Notes: generated by a model not told the origin, from the sequence alone. Counted from the first letter of the stretch, positions 15,161-31,524 are shown. The stretch: DNA of 64,000 nt from Eledone cirrhosa (GCA_964016885.1 OZ024757.1:39804001-39868000), one strand, 5' to 3'. Made by a program: numbers and translations.

Positions 15161-15330
15161 GGCGGTGGATTGGCAGTATCGGTAGAGGGTCGGATGCCAT
15201 GCCTTGCCATTCTGAGTTCAAATCGCACTGAGGTTAACTTTGCCTTTCATCCTTACGGGATCGATAAAATAAAGTACCAGTAATGCACTGGGTAATTGCT
15301 GGCCTTGTGCCAAAAAGTAGAAACAATTAT
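15161..15330 (+). mobile_element. tRNA-derived SINE, family 1 (Octopus OR-like / Nin-type core)
   Basis: A-box-like tggcagtatcgg, B-box gagttcaaatc, core gcctttcatccttacggg.tcgataaaataaagtaccag; at least 7 copies in the window. Confidence 0.85.
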
Positions 15331-15756
15331 TAGTTATTATTAATAATAGAATTGTTGTAACTATGTTTTAAAAAAGGAATTATATCATGTTGTAATATTT
15401 TTTTTTATTATTATCACCATTAACATTTGTATTTATTTATTTAACATCATCATCATCACTATCATTATTAAAATTATTAAATTACCCTTTATATCTATTT
15501 ATTTATTATCATCACCATCATCATTATTATTATTGCCATTAATATTTTTTGGGTTTTGTTTATTCATCTAATTTTCCTTCATGAAAGGTAATTATTTTTA
15601 CAAAGTGTAAAAAGAAATTCACCGAACACTCTTATATTCATTCTGCTATATTAACTATTTTTCCGCATGAAATTCGGCAATTTCACTTTAGTCAATTCTC
15701 TTGACCAATTTACAATATTATTGCTGAAATAAATTACCGTTGGAAACAATAACATC

Positions 15757-15794
<38 letters not shown>

Positions 15795-15924
15795 CAATAT
15801 AAAGACTATCATGAATGACTAAGTTAACATAAAATTAAATTAAACATTACGTGACGATCTGTCACAACTTTTATTATCATACAACACACATCTAAATATT
15901 GTTATTATTATTATTATTATTACC

Positions 15925-15963
<39 letters not shown>

Positions 15964-16725
15964 GCTAATAAAGAAATCATTGTTTTTTATTATTATTATT
16001 ATTATTTTTATCATTATTTTTATCATTATTATTAATATTTTATCATTGTTACAATAAATATCATTTACTACACAACTCTACAACTAAAACTACAATACTA
16101 CAGCTAAATAATTTTCTTTTTTTTCGTTGTAACTTCTACTTATTAAATCTTTTCAACATATATACGTACGTTTTTATTTTCTTTGTGTATTTTTTTTTTG
16201 ATTTTATGCTTTTTTTTTTTTTTCTTTTCGATGTGTAAAAAAAATGTTTCAAATAAATAGAAGAAAGACATTACTGAAAGACACATCTCAGAATCCTTCA
16301 TCCATTTTAAAGCTTAGATACCTGGAGTTTGGAATCGAATTTATAAGAATGTGCAATGTTATTTTGCATGAGTTACGTCTGAAAATTTGATGTGTTCCTG
16401 CACGATATTTTATGGAGGTGCCAAATATAATATATCTCGCCTATCAAAATTGCACAGTCATATTCCTTCTTTCTCACTTTCTCTCTCTTTATTTCTTTCT
16501 TCTCTTTCTCCCTTTTTCTTTCTTTTCTCTCTCTCTGTCACCTTGACATGCTATTTTTTACTTCACAACATCTATTAATACATACATATACACATATGTA
16601 TGCACACACATAACATAAACTTACATATATATATAAACACACATATATATATATATTCATCATTTTACGTCTGCTCTTCCCTGCTTGCAAGGGTGGGACT
16701 ATATATATATATATATATATAAATG

Positions 16726-16871
<146 letters not shown>

Positions 16872-17132
16872 CATACGTACACATATATTTATGTGTGTGT
16901 GTATATATATATATAGTTTTGTTTATCCAAAAGTTCTTCAGAAATCTGTGCTACTGAATATTTTAACAATATCTGACAATATTCCACTCAAAAAATGTTG
17001 ACCGGTCAGAGGGAATATCAAAATCAGGTGTATATATAATATGTATACACACATACATATATACACACACACATACATATATATATACACACACACATAC
17101 ATATATATATACACACACATACATATATATAT

Positions 17133-17182
<50 letters not shown>

Positions 17183-18153
17183 ATATATATATTAATTATA
17201 ACAATATATATATGTATATAGTATGTATGTGTGCATGTGTATATATATATACGAATTCAAAATTGATGCATAATTATTATATACATACATAAACACATGC
17301 TTACTTTAATTAAATATGTGTATATACTTACATATAAGCCTGCATGCATTCAGGTGTTCATACTTACAAAACTATTATACAAAAATGCGTATATTTGCAT
17401 ACTTACAAACGCGCATTAGGTAAACATCCCCCACACAAATATATATATATATATATATATATACATACAAGCAGATATAAGTTCATACATTACATATTGT
17501 ATACTTGGATGCATACTTTCGAAAGACTATAATTCATTTTTTCTATACAATGTGATGCCCGCCTTTAACGTTTTACTGAATCGGATACCACTTTCCAATT
17601 TGTTCTAGAATTTAGAAATAATTGCTTCTGCTTAAATCCTTTGCTAAGCTGATGTTTAACCATGTGACTCTAATCATGACGGAGCAATTAGTAGTCAGAA
17701 ATTCTCAGGAGAGCTGAACAGCAGAAGTTATTCAGAGAAGAAATACCCCTCAAGCAATTGTTCATCCCTTAACTTCTTACACTCTAAGGGGACCAGACCA
17801 TATCCTACTCATGATCTCTCGGTGCCCTTCTGCTGATATTTAGCTATTTGGTTATCGGAAACATATAATGTATTTAAACCGTAAGGAGATTATTTTTACA
17901 AGAAATAGCGAGAACTTTTCACCGTTGTTTTGCTTTCAAACTTATATTTAAACGCCTTCCTGAATATGTAAAAATAGCGTCAGTTTTAACGGCAGTGGTG
18001 AGATATAAACATTGTCACCACTGTCGCTGATAACACTACAACCATGACACATTCAGAGTTACTTCCCTTACCAAGCACTAAAATACAACCATGGTACCCC
18101 CAAATGGTTGGGATTGTATGCTTTAAAAAAATTCCTCAGAAGACATTGACATA

Positions 18154-18184
<31 letters not shown>

Positions 18185-19004
18185 CGGGATAACAAATTAT
18201 TGTTATAGGTAGTCCACTTAGATGTAGTCACACTCACATATATATATACATACATATATATGTGTGTGTGTCTGTATGTAGGTTGTATGTACGTGTTTAT
18301 AAACATGGATGAGTTTATGTGTGTTTATGTGCATTTATGATATGTACGTATCTGCATTCACTTCAGAAATGCAGGACTTTTAACTGTAATGTGTACTCAT
18401 AAATGTAAAAATCCAATAAAAGCAGAATCATGTAATTTACCTGAAGTATTTGTCGTTACAGTTATAAAACTTGAAAGGTAATAAAAGACAATAATATAGA
18501 GCTGACGAAAAAATAAATTTATTCACTGTGGTGGCTTCAAGAAGCCTTATAATCTTGAACATAACATCATTCTAAACAAAAAGTAAGCTGGAAAGAACAT
18601 TAAGAATTTATGACATGTTTCAACAATACACAGGGTGTAAGGAAGTGAGGGTTGTGATATTGAAACCATGCAATAAACTGTTGACAGTCAACAATCTCAA
18701 ATGTTAAATCTGTGTTTGTAGATGCCTTAACTATTGCTTTTCTAATGCTTCTCTAAAGCACAAAATACTGCTAGTATTATGACATATCTTCAGATGTCCA
18801 TTTTTCATTTTTTTGTTTCGTTTACAAAAAAAATGCACCTGCCATATTCAAGTGTTCTGTAGTACACATATTCATAATAAACGGATGTCACTCTCATTTG
18901 CTTATGTAAACGTGCTATATTCTACACATCTTCAATAAAAAGTCATTACGAAAATCTATGTAATATTTTCAAGAGTTGACATAGTCTGGAATTGGATATT
19001 TGTT

Positions 19005-19285
19005 TCATCATCATCATCATCAACATCATCATTTAACGTCCATCTTCCCCGCTAGCATGTGTTGGGCGGTTTTGTCCCACTTGAGGCGAGATTGGTCGGG
19101 AGACCATGTCTTGCTCGTACGGAACTGTCTCTGACAGGTTTTCTACAGCTGGATGCCCTTCCTAACAGTAACCACATTTACAGTGTGGACTGGGAGCCTT
19201 TTTACTGTGTCTCCTACACAACCACTTTACAGTGTTGACTGGGTGCCTTTTGTTGTGTCTCCTACACAACCACTTTAGAGTGGAC
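19005..19285 (-). mobile_element. Family 3 copy
   Basis: (CAT)n then ttctacagctggatgcccttcctaac. Confidence 0.75.
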
Positions 19286-19478
19286 AGAAATTGGGAGGAT
19301 GGAGTAGGGTTTGTGGGGTGGGGTATATATTGGGTTAAGAGGTGCCTACTGACTGTAGGTTTAAGTTTATATGCAAGGGAAGGCAGATCTTCAGTTTATT
19401 GTTAAATATCTATTGTTGGCTACATATTTATAAATATATATATATTTAATAACATTTTGTTAAATAACTATATTTAAT

Positions 19479-19518
<40 letters not shown>

Positions 19519-19618
19519 CACATTATATATATACATTATATATATGTATATATGTATATATATATATATATATATACATTATATATATGTATATATATAT
19601 ATATATATATACATTATA

Positions 19619-19675
<57 letters not shown>

Positions 19676-20283
19676 TCATGTAAGTGTGGTTATACCTCAT
19701 AGAATGATGTGCTTTAATTATTGTATGCAGTATGTATATTTTACACATATTTTACTTCAAGATATTTCAACATCGATTTTTATTTAATAAGGTTTTTGCT
19801 TATTTTTAAAAATAAATTCTTTTCTTTACATTTCTCATCGATATGAAATTTTATGCATTTAGTCGTTATATTAATGGGCATTTTCACGTTGACGGATATG
19901 TAATATATTATGTAAAGTGTTTTATTACATCTATCAACATTCAAACATAATAAAAAAAAAATTTCTTTTTCATGGACATTATCTAAATGTTACGTGAGGC
20001 TTTTTACACAGAGTAAATATCAACACAAATATATATAACAACTGTAAACACAGAATAATATGAGAATAACTGAAAAGATTGCCATTATGGCATCCTACTA
20101 ATAATAAAACAAGCAAGAGTTAAAGAATAAGGAAAACAAAATTATATTGAAAATATAAATTCTACGTTTTTATATTGAGAGAGTACTCGTAATCTTTAAG
20201 AAACTTAAGTGAGTAAAATGTGATGGCTATATCACTTAACACTGACACGTTAAAACATTTAAACTATCTGATAAATATGTGTG

Positions 20284-20320
<37 letters not shown>

Positions 20321-20626
20321 AATGTTAAGTATACATAGAAGTTGTAGCTGCAATAGGACAATATATATATATATATATATATTCATACTGGTTGGTAGAT
20401 TGTGGTGTATCAATCATTATTATCTTTGTTGCGCTCTTTAACACCACGAGGTGGAAAGGGTTTTGTGGGGTTTAACTTAGAAATATATGACACTTGTTGA
20501 GTGTTTAAACCTGGCGGAGCCTACCCCCTCCTCATTAGATGATAATTCACTACTCCTAAAGTGAAAGAGACAAAGAAATCGAGAAAGAAGGTAACTCAAC
20601 CCTACTTATTAACTAGCATTTTTATA

Positions 20627-20803
20627 TTGGCTGTATTGGTAGAGGGTCGGACGCTATGCTTTGCAGCATAGTTATCCCCCTTTATGGACTGAGTTCAAAT
20701 CCCGCCGAGGTTAACTTTGCCTTTCATCCTTACGGGGTCGATAAAATAAAGTACCAGTAATGCACTGGGTAATTACTGGCCTTGTGCCAAAAGTAGAAAC
20801 AAT
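20627..20803 (+). mobile_element. SINE family 1 copy
   Basis: Same core and 3' end gccttgtgccaaaagtagaaac. Confidence 0.85.
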
Positions 20804-21303
20804 TTTTATTTATCAACTACGAAATGATAAAATGCTAAGTTTAACCAAAATGAGAATTGGATTCAGAGAAGAAAAATGGGGGATGTATATCCCAACCATT
20901 TAATCCAACATCCTAACACCTCTGCCAAATTCACCGTCAATATGAATCGTGGATAGAATGTTTCCTGTATTCGTTCCAGCTTTCTGCTCTCTGAGTACAA
21001 ATCTCGCCGACATCAACTTTGATTTTCTTTTGTGCATGTCAATTAAAAAGTACCAGTCAAATACTGGGGTCAATTGATCCTCTATATGTCTTTCTCACTT
21101 CCTTTCTCTCAGCCTCTGGAAGAAGTCAGCTGTATTCAGACCTGGAGCAGGGATGGGCTCCACCTGGTTTTAAAATGCCCGGTAATTACCGTATGGAGAT
21201 ATGGGACCATAGATACATACAATAAACATAACAGATAATGTAGTCATACATGTTCCTAAGACAGGATGGTCATCTGTGGAATGTATTTATGTAGTTGATA
21301 ATA

Positions 21304-21488
21304 TTTGTTTCTACTTTTGGCACAAGGCCAGCAATTATCCCAGTGCATTACTGGTACTTTATTTTATCGACCCCGTAAGGATGAAAGGCAAAGTTAACCT
21401 TGGCAGGATTTGAACTCAGAATGGCAAGGGCCGTAACTCTTTGCTGCAAAGCATGGCGTCTGACCCTCTACAAAACTGCCAATCCACC
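21304..21488 (-). mobile_element. SINE family 1 copy
   Basis: Reverse complement of the family 1 sequence. Confidence 0.85.
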
Positions 21489-22154
21489 ATATGCAGTTGA
21501 TAATATTGTAGTTCGATTTACATTGACTGGGATACAACAACAACAGCAATAACTAATATATATTTTACTGACTTTGAGGCATAAAATGTAAATATGTTCT
21601 CAAGAGTATACCTTTTTTTTCAAAGTGGTAATGTGTTGCACTACAGGACTTTGTCAGCCTCTGTAACATTATATTATAAATCCTAGCCGTTATATAGGCT
21701 TTATTAAAGACAAAAATATTGAATAAATAAATGTATTTTTGTCTTTCTTTCGGTTTCTGTTAGGCTAGTAATGCAAGCTGGCATAATTTGTTTTGTGACA
21801 TTTTGTTTTCTCCCAAAATAATAATATTGTTTTTGTAACATGTCAAAATTACAACAATATATACAGCACCAGAGAAATATTTTTAGCTAATGGATGAAAG
21901 CTTTTAACGGAGGGAAAAATGATTAATCCATCATAAAATATAGTAAGACCCTCGGTAGTGTAGTGGTTATATATAAAAAAAGCTCTTCTGATAGAGCAGA
22001 AGTTTTATAATAAATAAATTGAAATATTTGAGGGTGAGTATTGAACTTGAATGAAGATTGTGATTACAAAAAGTTTTATCTATGACTTGCTGGACTCTAA
22101 TACCACCACCACCACAGCCGCTGCCACCACTACCACAACCACCATCACATAAGT

Positions 22155-22530
22155 CTTCTAATCGATGTGTCTGTCCCAACAGATGAAAACATGCCTCTCA
22201 AAGAGATGGAGAAATTATCCAAATATAAAGATCTAGAGATAGAAATCACCTGAATATGGATGATGAAAGCAGAAACAAGCCCTAAATAATAGGTGCTCTA
22301 GTTATGATAAAGCACACACACAGACACATAGATACATATATATAGAAGTTATAATTATATACACATACAGAAAACAGCACTAATAAGCACTACACATATA
22401 TTACAAAGAGTACTTTAAATAAAATAGGCGAAACACACACACATACACACATAAAAGACAACACTGCACATACCCAAGGCGCACAGAGCTGTACTCGGTA
22501 ATGGAGTGAGCACACGCAATAGAAATAAGG
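22155..22530 (+). mobile_element. Degenerate R4/Dong-like non-LTR 3' fragment (restriction-like endonuclease)
   Basis: IDVSVPTDEN...EKLSKYKDLEIEI...IQKTALISTTHILQRVL, with stops. Confidence 0.75.
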
Positions 22531-22598
22531 CTAATGAAAATAACAACAACAGCCACAACAACAACAATAATTATCATAATCATCATCACTTAACATCC

Positions 22599-22631
<33 letters not shown>

Positions 22632-22632
22632 C

Positions 22633-22950
22633 ACGACAGTGCAAGAAAAGGAGGAGGAGAAAATTAACCAATACCAGGATTTAAAGTTGGAGTTAAAAAA
22701 GATTTGGGACTGTCATGAGATGAAGGTCATCCCGATTGTCATCGGAACCCTAGATACTATCTCAAAGAATTTTCAAGGCTGATTAAAGAACATTATTCCA
22801 GCCCCCTTTTTTGGAACACTTCAAAAGGCATGCTTGCTGGGAATAGCAAGAACCCTCCAATACGTCCTGAATATCTGAGGCTGAAGGTAGCAGCTTGGTA
22901 ATCATTTGAACAAACTTTTCAGTTAAATAACATCAATGACTGAGACTCCA
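22633..22950 (+). mobile_element. R4/Dong-like non-LTR 3' fragment in a (TAA)n tract
   Basis: KEEEKINQYQDLKLELKKIW...VIPIVIGTL...LQKACLLGIARTLQYVL; (AAT)n on both sides. Confidence 0.82.
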
Positions 22951-23883
22951 ATAATAATAATAATAATAAGGAAGATTCTGTCAATATAAATACATCACAG
23001 TTCTAAACACCTACAGATACATGTATGTGCATATGTGTTCTTTCTTGAACATAGCAGACCTTGTTGTCTCTTGAGGTCACTGGTTGTGACTTGGAGATAA
23101 CTCGTATGAACATAAAGCAAGATAAATGAAATAATAATAATAATAAAATAAATAAATGAAGAAATAAAGAGAAGTAAAAATAAAATCTAGAACTTAATCT
23201 GGAGAACAGTTTGCTATAGATATCATTTAGTGCATTGTATAACTACATTATATTTACATGTAAGTGCATATGTCTTTTGTAAATTTCAATATTTGCAGCT
23301 CTTTCTATATAAGGTAAAGACATCAGCATACGGAACAAACAAATAAACAAACAAACAAAATTTTTGGGTAATATATTTCATAAACTTTTTGGTTTTTGGG
23401 CGTTTTTTTGGGGGGGATATTGGCTTTTTTGTGAGGGTTGGGGTGGGCTATGTTCGTTAATGCATATTATGAGTGGTAATATATTCCAGAGTAAGTTAGA
23501 GAATATTAAGTAGTAACAAGAAATTGAATTTAAAGAAAAAAAAGAAATGCCATGTATAAACCAGAAGATATGATAAATATATTGATTTTTAACAGAATAT
23601 CTTAATGCCAAATCTTTCATATGAAACATATTCAATTCTCTTGGTGATTTCTCTAACAACTGACTATGAAACACACATACATATGTGTATATATATATAT
23701 ATATACACATATACTCATAGACTACAAACTGTACATATATATATATATATATAATAGTAATAATAATATATGTATATGTGTGTGTGTGCATATATAAGAA
23801 AATATATATATATATATATATACATGTGCATGTTTGGATATATATACAAGTACCAATCTAGCTATGCTTGAATTAATATGTGA

Positions 23884-23930
<47 letters not shown>

Positions 23931-24359
23931 TATAAACATGGATATATATATATCTGTGTGTCTGTGCATGTATCAGATTGTATGTGTGCATGTGTATTTG
24001 TGAGAGAGTGCGTGTGTTTAAGTGAGTGTGTGTGTGAGTGAGTATGTGCATATGAGAGTCTGCATGTGACAGTGTATGTGGCTGAATGTGTTTGTGTGTG
24101 TGTCAGAAAATTGGCACAATAATTTGATTATCAGATAACAAGAGTTACAGTATATATTAGGTTACTTTGAGTTCAAGTCCATCTGGGACTTCTCATTCAT
24201 CTGCAAGGACCCCTATTTTACTAAACCATTCCGTCTTCCCACTTTTCTTACTAAAGAATACATTCAAGTCTGTTTGGTTACACAAACACACACAAATACA
24301 CAGGTACACATATATATATATATATATATAAATGTATATATATATATATATATATTTAT

Positions 24360-24468
24360 TTAATATAGAAAGGCTTCTACAGGACTTTCTATATTAAATA
24401 TTTATACTCTGCTTTGTATTGAGTCCCTTACTTACTATGGTTACCCCCGATTGAATCCGGGATAAACT
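24360..24468 (+). mobile_element. Family B truncated element
   Basis: Short inverted arm plus tail tttatactctgct...gaatccgggataaac. Another fragment lies at about 8630-8690. Confidence 0.75.
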
Positions 24469-24490
24469 TATATATATATATAAATGTATA

Positions 24491-24609
24491 TATAGGAAAC
24501 TGAGGGCTGAGCTGTGGCTGTTTCGACAGCTATTACCCACTCTACTACCCTAAGAATCGAGTACTCTGGTGCGTTATGGTCCACCTGGTTCCTTACCACA
24601 CTTCCTTCG

Positions 24610-24612
<3 letters not shown>
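24491..24612 (+). mobile_element. Family A diverged copy
   Basis: Inverted arm starting ...atagga, plus the family A tail. Confidence 0.75.
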
Positions 24613-24648
<36 letters not shown>

Positions 24649-24660
24649 TATACATATATT

Positions 24661-25042
24661 ACACCTCTCAAAGGCAATGACACACGACCGTGACCTCTGG
24701 TGTCACGCAGTAATACAGAGTACCCGACCTCCCATGGGTACAAGCTGAAGCATATAGACAATATGCCCCCCCCCCCCCACCGCAAGGGGGTCGTGGAGGT
24801 GCCACGGCAAAAAAAGCACCAGCCCACACTGTAAAGTGGACGTATAGGCACCACGAAAAAGCACCCAGCACTCACTGTAAATGAGGTTGGTGTTAGGAAG
24901 GGCATCCAGCTGTAGAAATCAAGCCAAATCAGTTCCTGTATGAGAAAGGCATGGTCAGCCGACCAGACACTGCCCACAACAGGACAACCCGTCTAACCCA
25001 TGCTAGCGTGGAAGAACGGACGTAAAACGGTGATGATGATGA
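24661..25042 (+). mobile_element. SINE-like element family 3 with RTE-type (TGA)n tail (OK/CephSINE-like)
   Basis: ggtgttaggaagggcatccagctgtagaaa...cccatgctagcgtggaagaacggacgtaaaacggtgatgatg. Confidence 0.75.
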
Positions 25043-25044
25043 TA

Positions 25045-26589
<1,545 letters not shown>

Positions 26590-26591
26590 GA

Positions 26592-27866
26592 AACACTAAA
26601 AATGTTAACTTCCTAGACGCCACACTATACCTAGACTCAAAAATATATACACCTTTCCATAAGCCTAATGAGAAACTTATTTACGTAGATACCAAGTCTA
26701 ATCACCCTAGATCAATATTAAACTCTATCTCTAAGGGGGTGTCCAATAGAATCTCTAGTCTGTCCTATGACGCAAACATATTTAGCAAAAACTCACAATA
26801 TTACAATAAAGCATTAGCTAGCTCCGGCCATAATATAGAAATTGAGTTCCTACCTAAGAAAACACATAGCTACAACATCATCTCGCCCAACATGTCCATG
26901 AGAAAATCTAATAATAGGAATAGCAACCACAAGTACACCAAAGCGGAGGGTGCCACCGGAAGTAACCATTACTATGGAAACTACTGTGGGGCATTAGGAG
27001 GAAGCAACACACCAAACACTAAAAGCAAAAATAGAAGAAGAAATAATACATTTTTCAACCTAAATGTCTCCACCAACATACCTAGGGCTTTCTTCTCACT
27101 ACTAGATAAAAACTTCCCTCTAGGACACAAGTACCACAACCTCTTAAACAAAAACACCATTAAAATCTCATACTCTACGACGCCTAACTTAGCATGCCAC
27201 ATAGCTAGCAGCAATAATAGTAAAATTAGTTCTTACTTCCAACAAACAAAATCACAACGGGATGCAAACCCTCTAAATACCACTGTAGCAAGCAACCATA
27301 GCAACGGCAGTATCAATAGAAATAACACTAGTATAAGTAATAACACCAGGGTTGTCAACCCGAACACCCAAAATCCTATATCTACCACACAGACTTCCGC
27401 ATTGCATTATAACCAGCGGACCAACGCACAGGATAATTGTAACTGTAGAGCTAATAGAACCTGCCCTTTAGATAAAAAATGCCTAACCAAGGATGTCATA
27501 TACTCATGCACCGTCACGACTAATAACTCTTCAGAAACCTATGTAGGCTCCACTTCTAACTGCTTCAAAATCAGATATAATTCGCACATCCACTCGTTCA
27601 AAAAGCACAGCCTAGCAAACTCCACCTCACTTTCTAGCTACATACACTATCTAAAATCTAAAAATAAACCATACACACTCAAATGGGAAGTGATAGGCAG
27701 CGCGACCTCGTACAAACCACCTAATAAATTCTGTAACCTCTGTATACTAGAGACACACAATATTATCTTCTCCAACCGTAACCTACTTAACAAAAAATCT
27801 GAGGTGTTTGCAACTTGCCAGCACCGCCTCAGACATTCCTTCCAAAACTTTAAGCCCAATATATAG
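26592..27866 (+). CDS. PLE ORF remnant: RT thumb (VNFLD..L, SNHP), linker, CNC...CPL...C Zn-knuckle, GIY-YIG endonuclease (VIY...YVG...R...H) with CNLC and LLNK
   Basis: Frame is open from 26592, upstream of the listed ORF 26739..27866. Motif order matches Naiad-clade PLEs. No start codon or RT core. Confidence 0.88.
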   Translation, partial: NTKNVNFLDATLYLDSKIYTPFHKPNEKLIYVDTKSNHPRSILNSISKGVSNRISSLSYDANIFSKNSQYYNKALASSGHNIEIEFLPKKTHSYNIISPNMSMRKSNNRNSNHKYTKAEGATGSNHYYGNYCGALGGSNTPNTKSKNRRRNNTFFNLNVSTNIPRAFFSLLDKNFPLGHKYHNLLNKNTIKISYSTTPNLACHIASSNNSKISSYFQQTKSQRDANPLNTTVASNHSNGSINRNNTSISNNTRVVNPNTQNPISTTQTSALHYNQRTNAQDNCNCRANRTCPLDKKCLTKDVIYSCTVTTNNSSETYVGSTSNCFKIRYNSHIHSFKKHSLANSTSLSSYIHYLKSKNKPYTLKWEVIGSATSYKPPNKFCNLCILETHNIIFSNRNLLNKKSEVFATCQHRLRHSFQNFKPNI

Positions 27867-29310
27867 CAATGTCGGACTGGAACCTAACACCACATCTAGC
27901 ATCAAACACCAGAGACACACCTTATACTACATACCCAACACTAACTGATCCATTATAACACAAACAACGACATCCCTCTGAAACCCTTCGCAGGGAGAAT
28001 ACCCATTTATACCTCTACGGCAGGTGTGACAACATCCACCCACTTGGACGGCACTACACCGCTCTAAGGGTAATTTGAGCATGAATTGATCGGTTGGATA
28101 GTGTTGTGCAGAGGAAACACCTTCCTTAGACAGATGTAAAATGATTTATTCGAGTAGCGCTGTTGACCAGTAGGACCGGGCTGCTGAGCGCAGTGAGTGA
28201 ATGCAATGCAACTGCCGTGCGGGTTGTACCTATATGGATGATCTGACGGTCAGAGAGGGGTCGCGGGGACTGCGGATTGACCTTTGGCCGGCCTGGGGAT
28301 GATTATCTTTCGACATCAAATGTAGCAAGCGATGACCCAGATCCTACCAGAGATCATTGGGCCCTGAAGCAAGCCTGCAATCACCGCGCCTGGTCATATG
28401 AGCAGACTACAACCACAGAGATCATTAATTTAGAATCCTCGCTCATCATCTATAATTTCCATTTGTGGCACCTTAAGATTGGTTAATCCACCATAATAAT
28501 ATGATCACCTTCAGCATAACTTAATTAAACTACTATATAGTTAATACACTTTATGCTTTAAAAATCTCTCTTGGAAGATGCGCATCACCATAGAATTTAG
28601 GGTCTATATTGGGACACATTTTAATGGCTAGATATAGAAACCCCAGAGTTACCTCCCCGCATACATTAACTCCCCTTAGCCACACACACACTTCCGGGCG
28701 GTATTCAATGGCGTTTCTAGAAACGTAACAACCTCCTGTATCGAACTAAAGAACACCAGACTACGATCTCTAACTGGATTGTCATGAATTATGTGAAGGG
28801 CATATAATCGAAAAATACACTCCCCTGACCATGAAAATGCCGAAGTACATGAAATACTTGACATCCCTGCGCTGTGCATCTCCATTACTTATAACACTTT
28901 TAATGCTTGCACTATCTTTAATGCTTATAATATTTCTCCACACACAGACTATATCAATCATATAAAGAATTTGCCACCAGATCTACCAACCTAACACTCT
29001 TATTTATCTACCTAAGTGCCTCTACCACACATATCTCTCTGCCACACTATATAAACAAGACGCACATGCGTGCCACACATATAACATTTGCACTATATAA
29101 CCGCTTATCTTCATGTTGTATTTTAACCTATATTTTTGATTTTTGATTGTACCTATTAATATAAATGTAATCTCGAAGTGTGTACTGCCACTCTAAATTC
29201 TGTAATGAATGTTGACCCACAATGTTTGAATATGTATCAATGTTTGAATATGTGTTGGTATGTCTCTCGGCTGAAAAGGAGGTCATATAACTGTCCATGC
29301 ATTAATAAAT

Positions 29311-29357
29311 TGCTCCGAAGAATCCAAACCTCGGTTTGGAGGAAACAGCTGTAAGCA
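29311..29357 (+). ncRNA. Minimal type I hammerhead ribozyme motif in the PLE 3' region
   Basis: tgct-CCGAAGA-a-tccaaacc(tc)ggtttgga-g-GAAA-cagctg-TA-agca: helix I tgct/agca, 8-bp helix II, palindromic helix III, GUA site. Core has U4C. Confidence 0.75.
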
Positions 29358-29558
29358 CAATAATGTTTTGAACAGTTCTTTGATTCTTATATTTCATATA
29401 ACTGCTCTGTAAATCATCTGATGTTTTTACATTGAGCTACTTAACTTACTGGTAATAAGGTAGTAATACAATACTGCCTACCACTATTTAGGGTGTGTGT
29501 AAAATACTTACAACTGCTTAAGGTTTTGTATTTACATAACCATAAATAGTATAACTAA

Positions 29559-30186
<628 letters not shown>

Positions 30187-30431
30187 CTAGAACCTGCCTA
30201 TATCAATCAGAAGTGATTAAGTATACAGAATCTCATTTCTAGATGTATAATATATATCTCATATAATGAGTTCTCTGTGATGGCCTGAAAACAAAACGAA
30301 TTGTACATGCTGTACAGCAGCTGAATTTTGATTTACAAATATTATATATATATATATATGTATATATATTATGAGAACAGATTAAAGTTTAAGCAAAGAA
30401 TCGCTGCTTTCACCCTTAACGGGATCTTCTG

Positions 30432-30467
<36 letters not shown>

Positions 30468-30537
30468 CTTTGGACGCAGAAGAAGATATTTTGAAAAACG
30501 TTATAACTGAAGGAAAACAGGAAGACATTTATTATGC

Positions 30538-30773
30538 CACAGAGGAGACTGAGATTAGCTGGACATGCTCACCAACATCCAGAGTTGTCACTGCACTCAG
30601 TGCTCCTGTGGGAGCTCCTGCGTGGACACACTCGAAGTGGAAGACTGAGGTTAATATATGTTGATGCCCTAAGGACAGACACTGGTCTCTTGGAGACGCA
30701 GGACATGATAATGAGGGACAGAGACCGCTGGAGAGAAATCATCCATGGATCTCAAGAATTTTACCCACTCTAG
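30538..30773 (+). mobile_element. RTE-like LINE 3' fragment
   Basis: RRLRLAGH...VLLWE...GR...YVDAL..DTGL...MRDRDRWR. Confidence 0.75.
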
Positions 30774-31490
30774 ACATATATATAGTCAAATGCAGACTCT
30801 CATATGCACATACTCACACACACGCACTCACTTAAACACACATATAACGACAGATATGGTTTTATAGCTAAGAATACATGGGCCATACTATCAAACTATA
30901 TTGACACTATATACACTATATACTATATACACCCTATACACCTGAACAGACTATATAACTAATATATTCAGTAATTTAATCATACAAATAAACGTTTTAC
31001 TAAAACATTTTGTCATATTTCCAAGCCTTCAAGAAGTAAAAACTAATTTAGTGAATTTTGTGTTGGTGTTAAATTCTCTCCCATGAGACGAAATTTGCAC
31101 TCATAAGCCAAAAAACCTGATTATTTCTAAAATGTATGCACCACCACCACCATTACCACTACCACCACCACAACCAACATTACTACTACCAGCTCCACCA
31201 CCACCACCACCAATATTAACTCTACCAGCAGCACCATGCCACCACTACCAAAGAAATTCTAGATCCCAATGATGTATTCCTCCTGGTATGCTAACGATGT
31301 GCTCATCACATCTACATTACAATTTGTTAACCAATCACAGACTGTAGCGCCGATTGTATCAACTGGAACATTCGTCATCATAACCGACGGAGTGGCACAA
31401 TATATATATATATAGAGAGAGAGAATGAGAGATAGATAGACATAGATAGAGAGAGGGGGAGGAAGAGAGAGAGAGGGAGAATATATATAT

Positions 31491-31524
<34 letters not shown>

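Larger units (their letters stand above)
26590..29558 (+). mobile_element. 5'-truncated Penelope-like retroelement (Naiad-type) inserted in (TA)n
   Basis: RT-thumb plus C-terminal GIY-YIG ORF, about 1.7 kb 3' region with an HHR, TA arrays on both sides. Confidence 0.9.

Noticed and set aside
15161-15240. tRNA-like A and B boxes
   Set aside because: Heads of multi-copy SINEs; no complete cloverleaf.
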